From assembly GCA_036574205.1 (NCBI GenBank), contig JAINCQ010000014.1, positions 1,634-65,633 on the forward strand: a DNA stretch of 64,000 bases, read 5' to 3'. The stretch comes from Elusimicrobiota bacterium (GTDB lineage: Bacteria > Elusimicrobiota > Elusimicrobia > Elusimicrobiales > UBA9959). Under the pieces are notes generated by a model. It did not search any database and was not told the origin of the DNA. It was given only the letters and a program-made list of their open reading frames with translations. Made by a program: the position numbers and the translations under genes. Shown here piece by piece: positions 37,521 through 44,758 of this stretch. Position 1 is the stretch's first letter. Every line of letters starts with the position of its first letter.

Positions 37521-39575
37521 TTACATTTTTTTTACATATTTTAACTTTTTTATTTTAGTACCAGGAAAATAGAACTCAAGTATTTCCCTGTAATTTTTAT
37601 TTTCTTTTCCAGCCATTCCAGCCGCCCCACCCTGGCACATTCCTATTGAATGCCCCCATCCACCACCATAAAACCATATATTTCTTATCTTTCCATCGGC
37701 AAATCTATTTATCTCAAGAGTGAACAAAGTGGATTTTAAAGAATTCAAACCAAAGCTGTTTCTTATAATATGCTCCTTTTCAATAAGAACAGTTCTTTTA
37801 GAACCAACTATTTTAATGGAATTTACATTTCCGCTTTTGCTTCTTTTTAAAACCATTATGCTTTTTAACTCGCCTATACCATATTTTTTATCAAGTTTGA
37901 AATTTATATCAGATTTTTTTATTATTCTAAGCCATCTAAACTCTGTATCTTTAACAACACCTGGATAGTTACAATAAGATTGTGGTGTGCTTTTTATCCA
38001 TATATTAAAATCCCATGGTCTTAAACCATTTTCATCTTTTAAGTTGCTGTCAGGATGAGAAACAAGATATTTTACATTTCCCCATCCTTTCACCTCTGAA
38101 GAAGATTGTATATACCCACCACAGTTTGAGTGATAAAAAGCATACGCTAACTTCCCTCCATATGTAAGGACTTCCCCTTCTGTGTCAAAAACAGCCTTAG
38201 TTGTTGAATTACTTTCATAAGAAACGCCACGATATACCTGACAATGTTCAGTGTCGCATAGATGATAACCCTCATTTCTATGAGGACTTTCTTTTATTCT
38301 TCTAACAGCCTCGGTTCTTGCCACTACAGCTTGAGCCTTAAGAGCTTCTATAGGCCATTTTGGCTCCATTTCTGCACCAACTACTCCAAGAAGATATACC
38401 TCAAGTTCTACAATATTCACAATCCCAAAGCCATTATTTAAAGGAACTATCTCTATCTCACCTCTATATTCTCTGTCAGAATATCTAAAATAAGGATTTG
38501 AGTTTCTCAAATCAGATTCTATAATAATTGTCCCATTCCTGATATCAGTTGGACGAAGGATAAAAGGCTTTGCGAACTTATTTATTAAAACTCCATTCTG
38601 GGAATAAATTAAAACTGTGCCATTTTCATATCTTATCTTCCATTTTTCTCCGGATTTAATAGTCAAATAATGCTTCCCACTTTCCTTCCCATAAACCTTT
38701 AAGTTATCAAAGCTTCTAAAAACTAGCTCCTTGTTTTTTCTATGTTTTCCCTCAGAGTTTGTCCCTATACCTATTCTTATCTTTATACTTCTCTTTAGAG
38801 TATTTATATCATATTTTCCGGTTATAATGGTCGGGTTTTTTATTTTAAACGGCGGCCTTATCTCCTCCGGCTGCTTTGTAAGTTTTCCTTCTATTATCTT
38901 TGTCATTTTTAAAGCAAGTGGATGGTCAGGGACGTAGTCAAGTACCCTGTAATACTGATTCCAGGCCTGATTATAATCCCCCTCTTTCAAATATAACTGA
39001 GCAAGAGGAAGCCTTGCTTCCACAAAGGATGGATCTTTTCTTAAAGTATTTATGAGATACTCCTTTGCATTTTCATACATCTTAAAATTAACATAATTCC
39101 AGGCAAATATATAATCCACTCCAGCGTAATCCCCCCTCAGGCTTTTGTATATATTTAAATAATCCATTGTTTTTATTATATCGTTTAAATGTGAATAGAC
39201 CGTTGCTATACCCAAAACAGCATTATAGTTCTGGTTATTTATTTTAAAAGCTCTTTCAAAATATATCCTGGCTCTTTCAAGATCACTCATATGAAAATAA
39301 AGCCAGCCGATTTCAGTTAAAACATCGTCGTTTTCATTTAATTGTATATATTTTTCAAGATACTCAATGGCTTTTTTATAATTATCCATATTCTTATAAA
39401 TCATTGCAAGATCCAATAGCGCGCTATAATCTTTTGTTGTTTCATAAAAAGCGAGATAATATTCAGCGGACTTATTAAGATCTCCATTAAGATAACTTTT
39501 ATATGCAAACTCCTTCAAATCGTATTTTTGAGAATTTAGAAAAAAAGAAAAAAAGAAAATTAGTTTTAAAATCAT
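37521..39575 (-). CDS. TPR-repeat protein fused to a SpoIID/LytB-type domain
   Basis: The N-terminal ~230 aa are TPR-like. The C-terminal part matches SpoIID-family patterns (YLLGVVGAEM...EALKAQAVVARTEA, HLCDTEHCQVYRG, AFYHSNCGG, GHSIGMCQGGA). Confidence 0.85.
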   Translation of the reverse strand: MILKLIFFFSFFLNSQKYDLKEFAYKSYLNGDLNKSAEYYLAFYETTKDYSALLDLAMIYKNMDNYKKAIEYLEKYIQLNENDDVLTEIGWLYFHMSDLERARIYFERAFKINNQNYNAVLGIATVYSHLNDIIKTMDYLNIYKSLRGDYAGVDYIFAWNYVNFKMYENAKEYLINTLRKDPSFVEARLPLAQLYLKEGDYNQAWNQYYRVLDYVPDHPLALKMTKIIEGKLTKQPEEIRPPFKIKNPTIITGKYDINTLKRSIKIRIGIGTNSEGKHRKNKELVFRSFDNLKVYGKESGKHYLTIKSGEKWKIRYENGTVLIYSQNGVLINKFAKPFILRPTDIRNGTIIIESDLRNSNPYFRYSDREYRGEIEIVPLNNGFGIVNIVELEVYLLGVVGAEMEPKWPIEALKAQAVVARTEAVRRIKESPHRNEGYHLCDTEHCQVYRGVSYESNSTTKAVFDTEGEVLTYGGKLAYAFYHSNCGGYIQSSSEVKGWGNVKYLVSHPDSNLKDENGLRPWDFNIWIKSTPQSYCNYPGVVKDTEFRWLRIIKKSDINFKLDKKYGIGELKSIMVLKRSKSGNVNSIKIVGSKRTVLIEKEHIIRNSFGLNSLKSTLFTLEINRFADGKIRNIWFYGGGWGHSIGMCQGGAAGMAGKENKNYREILEFYFPGTKIKKLKYVKKM

Positions 39576-39675
39576 AAGATTATTTTATTAAATTTATAAA
39601 AATATTTATTTAAAATCCTGTTTTAATCTTAAATCTTAAAAAAATAGTCTTATATTAACTTTGTAACATATAATT

Positions 39676-40236
39676 ATGGAGGATAATGAGCTAATAGAAG
39701 AATACTTAAACGGAGATGAAAAATCTTTTGAAAAACTCTACGAAAAATATAAAATCGCCCTGTTTAATTTTATATTTTACATGGTTAGAGATAAAGAATT
39801 GGCGAATGACCTGCTTCAGGAAGTTTTTATAAAGGTTATAGATAATATCTCAGAGTACCGTAACGAAAATTTTAAAGCCTGGATTTTTCTCATAGCAAGG
39901 AATAAAATTTATGATTATTTTAAAAGCAATAAAACAAAATTTGAACAGTCAAATATTTCCATTGATGAAGAGGTTAACGGAGTAAGTTATAAAGACATAT
40001 TGGAATCAGAAGATACCCCCCAAAAAATACTTTTAGAAAAAATTGAAAACGAAGTCCTCTACAAAGCTATTGACACACTAAAAGAAGAATACAGAGAAAT
40101 AATATATCTAAAACATTTTTCTCAACTTAGCTTTCAGGAAATATCAAAAATGCTTAACATTCCCATTGGGACGCTTCTTTCAAGATTTAAAAGAGCCATT
40201 GATAAGTTATCCGAAATTCTTTTAAAGATGCAATAA
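39676..40236 (+). CDS. ECF-type RNA polymerase sigma factor
   Basis: Region 2 (LLQEVFIKV...FKAWIFLIARNKIYDYF) and region 4 (REIIYLKHFSQLSFQEISKMLNIPIGTLLSRFKRA). Confidence 0.9.
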   Translation: MEDNELIEEYLNGDEKSFEKLYEKYKIALFNFIFYMVRDKELANDLLQEVFIKVIDNISEYRNENFKAWIFLIARNKIYDYFKSNKTKFEQSNISIDEEVNGVSYKDILESEDTPQKILLEKIENEVLYKAIDTLKEEYREIIYLKHFSQLSFQEISKMLNIPIGTLLSRFKRAIDKLSEILLKMQ

Positions 40237-40275
40237 TTTTTCTAAAAAATCGTTATTTATATTTGAGGAGAAGAA

Positions 40276-40680
40276 ATGTGTGATAAAGAAAAAATTATTC
40301 TGGCCTTCTATAACGAACTTAAAGAAGAAGAGAAAGAAAAAGTTTTATCTCATATAAAAGACTGCGCTGAATGTTTAAATTTTTACTCCTCACTAAATTA
40401 TTTAAACAAAATAAGAACTATTGAGGAAGTGGATCCAAATTCAAAAAAAGCTATTATAAACTACTTAAAAGAAAAGAACTTAAGATTAAACTCATATTTT
40501 AGAAAGTTAACATATTCTTTTGCTCTCTCATTTGCTGTCTTAATTATATTTATACTACCACAGAAACATACTTTTTTTGAGGATGAAAAGAATTTCAACT
40601 CAAAAATTTCAAACATAGAAAAAACTATTGAGTCATTAAATTATGATATTAAGTTTTCAGACCAAGATTTAGATTTTTAA
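40276..40680 (+). CDS. Anti-sigma factor (zf-HC2-like, single TM)
   Basis: HIKDCAEC (H-x3-C-x2-C) near the N-terminus and one TM helix (YSFALSFAVLIIFIL). It lies immediately downstream of the ECF sigma gene. Confidence 0.7.
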   Translation: MCDKEKIILAFYNELKEEEKEKVLSHIKDCAECLNFYSSLNYLNKIRTIEEVDPNSKKAIINYLKEKNLRLNSYFRKLTYSFALSFAVLIIFILPQKHTFFEDEKNFNSKISNIEKTIESLNYDIKFSDQDLDF

Positions 40681-40692
40681 AAAGGAGGAGTT

Positions 40693-41394
40693 ATGAAAAA
40701 AATAATTGTTACGCTCATTGCTGTAAGCATAATGGCGCCAGCGTTTGTAAACACGCTTGCCGCTCAAATAGATGAAGAGCCTGGGGAAGAAGATGTTCGT
40801 CCCGAAAACCCTGGTTTTGGCCCTCAAGCCCAGATGGGTTTTCAACCTGGAGAAAGAGGAATGATGGGCGGGTTGGGTGAAAGGAAAATGATGAAAAAGC
40901 CCGGAGTTGGTCCAAAAATGAACATAGGAAGAGCAGATCTTCAGGAAATTGAAGGGAAAGTAATTGAAATTATAAAGAAAAATGATCCTGAGTTTGCCAA
41001 AAAACTTGAGCAACTAAAAAAAGACGATCCATTTAAATACAGACAGGTTATAAAAATATCCTTCAATCTTATAAATTTTGAAAGAAATGCGGAAGATAAA
41101 ACAATAGAGAAGGATATTGTCAGGGGAATCTCTCTTGAATATGACGTAAGAGAACTTGCACTAAAATATGAAAAGGCATCTGTTTCAGACAAAGACAGGA
41201 TAAAAACCGAGATAAAATCCAAACTTAATGAGCTTTTTGATATAAGGACAAAAGCGCATGAGCTAAAAATTAAAAGACTTGAAGCTGAAGTAAGCGAACT
41301 AAAATCCACAATAACAAAGAGAAAAGCCAATAAAGATAAGATAGTTGAACAAAGATTAAATCAGATAATTGGCGGAAAAGAGCTTAACTGGTAG
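40693..41394 (+). CDS. Periplasmic protein with a Met/Gly/Pro-rich segment and a coiled-coil C-terminus
   Basis: Signal peptide MKKIIVTLIAVSIMAPAFV, then PGFGPQAQMGFQPGERGMMGGLGERKMMKKPGVGPKMN, then a helical K/E-rich region. AGGAGG lies upstream. Third gene of the ECF module. Confidence 0.6.
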   Translation: MKKIIVTLIAVSIMAPAFVNTLAAQIDEEPGEEDVRPENPGFGPQAQMGFQPGERGMMGGLGERKMMKKPGVGPKMNIGRADLQEIEGKVIEIIKKNDPEFAKKLEQLKKDDPFKYRQVIKISFNLINFERNAEDKTIEKDIVRGISLEYDVRELALKYEKASVSDKDRIKTEIKSKLNELFDIRTKAHELKIKRLEAEVSELKSTITKRKANKDKIVEQRLNQIIGGKELNW

Positions 41395-41402
41395 TAAATA
41401 GA

Positions 41403-41438
41403 AAATGGGCAGGCTACTTAAATAAAGCCTGCCCATTT
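41403..41438. terminator. Bidirectional stem-loop terminator between convergent genes
   Basis: AAATGGGCAGGC (41403-41414) pairs perfectly with GCCTGCCCATTT (41427-41438) around a 12-nt loop. A/T runs flank the stem on both sides. Confidence 0.7.
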
Positions 41439-41447
41439 AACACATTT

Positions 41448-42656
41448 TTATCTTATGTTATCTAAAAACTTAGAAGCGTCAATAAGCCCGTTGCCCTGCT
41501 CTGTATCTTTAAGATTGGGAAGTTTTATAGCCGCTTTAATCATAGCTGCCCTTACATCATCTGGATTTGTGACCCCAAGCCCAACAACTAAAGCAGCAAG
41601 ACCAGCAACATGCGGGCTTGCCATAGAGGTTCCGCTTAAAGTTTTATATGTATTTCCTTTATAGGTAGAATATATACTTACCCCTGGAGCAATAAAAGCA
41701 ATCTCTGGACCCCTTGATGAAAATGAAGCTATTTTATCTGATGAGTCAAGCGCTGAAACCGCAATTGCGCCGGGATATTTTGCAGGATAATTAACCGCTC
41801 CTCCATCATTACCTGCGGCACATACTACTACAACCCCGGCTTTATATGCTGCTTCAACTGCAGATTTTAAGGCTTCGCTTCCAGATGGTCCCCCAAGGCT
41901 CATATTAATAACATTCATTTTGTTTTTCACAGCCCACTGAATACCATCTATTATCCATGAATACTGTCCTGAACCATACTTATCAAGAACCTTTACAGCA
42001 TATAAACTAACATAGGGAGCCAGACCAACAACTCCTTTTAAATCCTTGATTGCTCCAATTGTCCCGGCAACATGCGTACCGTGGCCATGATCATCAAGAG
42101 GTGGTTTTGAAGTATCAACTGCGTTATACCCCCCAACATAATTTTTAGATAAATCCAGATGATTATAATCTATCCCGGTGTCTATTACAGCAACCTTAAC
42201 ATTTCTGCCGCTAGTATAATCCTACACTTTATAAGCATTTACTCTCTTAACCCCCCACGGAATTTCTTTTAATTCTTCATCGGTCAATTTTCCAGCAGTA
42301 AAAGTAACATCTTTTAAAAAATAATCATAATTATTTTCTTTTATATCTGCTTTTACGCTCTCAACTGATGGTAAATCTGGCAAAGTTATTTCTTCTATCC
42401 ATTTAATATATTTATCATCTTCAACGCTTTTTACCGCTTCTATAGAATAAATCTCAGAGTCTTTAATATAATCTGGAAATTGAGCTACCACGGCATTTAT
42501 AAACTCAAATTCTTTAATTACTTTTCCACCAAGTTTCTCAATATCTAATTTTGACATTGAAAGAGCTTTTGAATCATTGAGCATTATAATCTTCTGAGAT
42601 GAGTAAACACTTATTGAAATAAACAACATCGTTATAATAAATATAATCTTTCTCAT
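41448..42656 (-). pseudogene. Subtilisin-family serine protease (signal peptide, I9-like propeptide, S8 domain) with one in-frame TAG
   Basis: A single frame runs from ATG 42656 (behind AAAGGAGGA) to 41448. It contains [18 protein letters not shown] and [11 protein letters not shown], so the Asp/His/Ser triad is intact. The TAG at 42224-42222 falls in [21 protein letters not shown]. Confidence 0.8.
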
Positions 42657-42693
42657 TTTATCCTCCTTTATATTGATACACATCAATAAAATT

Positions 42694-42722
42694 ATTATAA
42701 GAAGAAATGCCTATTTATTCAA
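42694..42722 (-). promoter_or_regulatory. Candidate sigma-70 promoter for the subtilisin gene
   Basis: The minus strand reads TTGAAT (42722-42717), a 17-nt spacer, then TATAAT (42699-42694), about 38 nt upstream of the ATG. Confidence 0.5.
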
Positions 42723-42807
42723 GATTTTTAGCCCTATTGACAATAAGGAATAAAGACACTTGCCAGGTCAATAGCTGATAATTAATTTTAAAAATATTAT
42801 ATCTAAG

Positions 42808-44256
42808 TTACCACGCTAACTTTGATGGTGTTATTTCTTCCCAGGATTTTTTTATAAGAACCACATTTAAAGTAGGAAGGTCAAGGTTTTCATCAAAAAA
42901 TATTGACGCATTATTTCCTGATCCTGTATTAATATCGCCAACAACCCATATCGCCCCATATATATCAAAAGCACCATATATCTCAAGCCTCCCCCCAACA
43001 TAAAGGAACCCATAAAGTCCTATATCATCGCCGGTAGCGCCTCTTTCACACCCCTGCTCACAGCTTCCATCATTACATTGATAATAATAAGCCTTATTAC
43101 AGGCTCCTATTTGATATACTATAGAAGATGAACTTAAACCAAGGTCACCCGGATACTGGTTTGTGGCTGAAGTATCAATTTTAGCATACTCTCTCCAGGC
43201 GTTTGGTGGAACTGAAACATTTAATGCTCCAGGACCATCTTCTGATGCAGGACCTTTACCACAAAGATGATATCCACCGTAAGGATCATAACCATAAGTT
43301 TTATACCAGGGCCCATAGCAATCATCACCATCTATTCTTAAATTACCTCTTACAAAAAAAGAACCTTTAACCCCGGTATGTTTTAAGTAAACAGTTTTTC
43401 CTTCATCCCAGTACCACAAAAGACCCTGATTATATCTTCTGTCAGCATATATGTGTCTAACATAACATTTATTCTGGTCTGCACAGCATTTATTAGTATT
43501 GCCACTGCAGTTACAAACCATTAAATAATTATTGGAAGAGGATGGGGTTAGTGGTTTTAAGTTTTTTGCGCTTCCACAATTTAAAGTTCCATTTGCAGCC
43601 GCAGATGCCCTTATCGTTGCAAAATCAAACATCGGAAGTTCGGGGACATCATAAGCTGACCACCACTCTAAATTATCGGTATTTGGTGGGTTTAAGCTAT
43701 GATCTCTTGGTTTAACAAGCTGCTTTGAAAATTTTCTCGGGAAATAAACATTAGCTGCTCCAGCAGAAAGATTTATCTCCCCCCAACTCATTATAGAACC
43801 CCAATGAATAGTAGTTTTTCCACTTGGGTTTATTTTTGAACCGCTCAGCATAGCTCCTGATATACTCTGGTTTTGATAAACCGCTTTTATTGCTCTTATC
43901 TCCTGAGTTGAGTCATCTCTTCCCTCTCCTATTATAATAACCTCTCTGGCAACACTTCCACTGGCAACCAGAACTCTGTAACTTCCCCCAGAAATATCTG
44001 TATAAACTGTATCAAAAACATAACCACTTATATTGTTTCCCATCATAATACTTTCAAATGTTTTAGTTGAGCTTTTAATCTTCCAGTAACCCCTTTCAAC
44101 TGCAGCCTCCGCCAGATTAAGCGCTATAGATTTTTTCTGCTCTCTTATGGTTGACTTTGTATCTGTTGTAACCCAATTAAGGATTACAGGGACAATTATA
44201 AAAAAAATAACTATTGCCGTAACAAGCATTGGAAGAATGAAAGCTTTTCTTTTCAT
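42808..44256 (-). CDS. PilX/GspK-like minor pilin-type protein, Cys-rich (482 aa)
   Basis: The N-terminus MKRKAFILPMLVTAIVIFFII is pilin-like but has no Glu at +5, as in PilX/GspK. It is followed by AEAAVERGYWKI, about 14 Cys, and a C-terminal YGAFDIYGAIWVVGDI motif. Confidence 0.6.
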   Translation of the reverse strand: MKRKAFILPMLVTAIVIFFIIVPVILNWVTTDTKSTIREQKKSIALNLAEAAVERGYWKIKSSTKTFESIMMGNNISGYVFDTVYTDISGGSYRVLVASGSVAREVIIIGEGRDDSTQEIRAIKAVYQNQSISGAMLSGSKINPSGKTTIHWGSIMSWGEINLSAGAANVYFPRKFSKQLVKPRDHSLNPPNTDNLEWWSAYDVPELPMFDFATIRASAAANGTLNCGSAKNLKPLTPSSSNNYLMVCNCSGNTNKCCADQNKCYVRHIYADRRYNQGLLWYWDEGKTVYLKHTGVKGSFFVRGNLRIDGDDCYGPWYKTYGYDPYGGYHLCGKGPASEDGPGALNVSVPPNAWREYAKIDTSATNQYPGDLGLSSSSIVYQIGACNKAYYYQCNDGSCEQGCERGATGDDIGLYGFLYVGGRLEIYGAFDIYGAIWVVGDINTGSGNNASIFFDENLDLPTLNVVLIKKSWEEITPSKLAW

Positions 44257-44263
44257 AAAACCT

Positions 44264-44758
44264 CTAATCGTTCATAATTCTTACTTTCTCAGACGCCATA
44301 TGCAATGCCTTTTTCTTTGCGCTAAACAAATCCTTTTCAAGTGTAATTGAAACAGATAAAATTTCCATATTGCTTGACTCTGGAAAAACAAAAGCAAGAT
44401 ATCTTAAATCTGATGTTAACCTCATGGTCTTTGTTCCCTCAATCATCATAAGATCTCTTCCACTTTGATAAAACTGATAGTTTCTTCCGTCAATTGTTGA
44501 AAAAGTTATCTTTGAATAAAATGGTTCATTAGAACTCTGTCTTGATATTGAAATAGAACTTGCTTGTGCCTCTCTTAAAACTCTGGTTATCAAAAACATT
44601 ATATTCCTTGCATCCTGTTGAAGAGATAATCTTGTTTTAGACATCATTATATTTTGATTGATTGTATTTAAAACTGGAACACCTGTGGCTATTAATATTC
44701 CTATTATTGCAACTACCCCCATTAATTCTGTCAATGTAAAAGCCTTTCTTTTCACCAT
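44264..44758 (-). CDS. Prepilin-type N-terminal cleavage/methylation domain protein (164 aa pseudopilin)
   Basis: MVKRKAFTLTELMGVVAIIGILIA has the class III signal (A|FTLTE, Glu at +5) followed by a hydrophobic helix. Its start overlaps the upstream gene by 7 nt. Confidence 0.8.
   Translation of the reverse strand: MVKRKAFTLTELMGVVAIIGILIATGVPVLNTINQNIMMSKTRLSLQQDARNIMFLITRVLREAQASSISISRQSSNEPFYSKITFSTIDGRNYQFYQSGRDLMMIEGTKTMRLTSDLRYLAFVFPESSNMEILSVSITLEKDLFSAKKKALHMASEKVRIMND

Noticed and set aside
42222-42224. The in-frame TAG in the subtilisin could reflect stop-codon reassignment or pyrrolysine.
   Set aside because: TAG clearly terminates neighbouring genes (30654-30656 for cpoB and 41392-41394 for the periplasmic protein). 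No pyl genes are visible. The codon sits where Trp (TGG) is expected, so a point change or base-call error is the simpler explanation.
42734-42774. Inverted repeat CTATTGAC...GTCAATAG between the pilin-like operon and the subtilisin gene, as a possible terminator or operator.
   Set aside because: It has only 8 bp of AT-rich stem with a 25-nt loop and no U-tract. That is too weak to call, and it could arise by chance in AT-rich spacer DNA.
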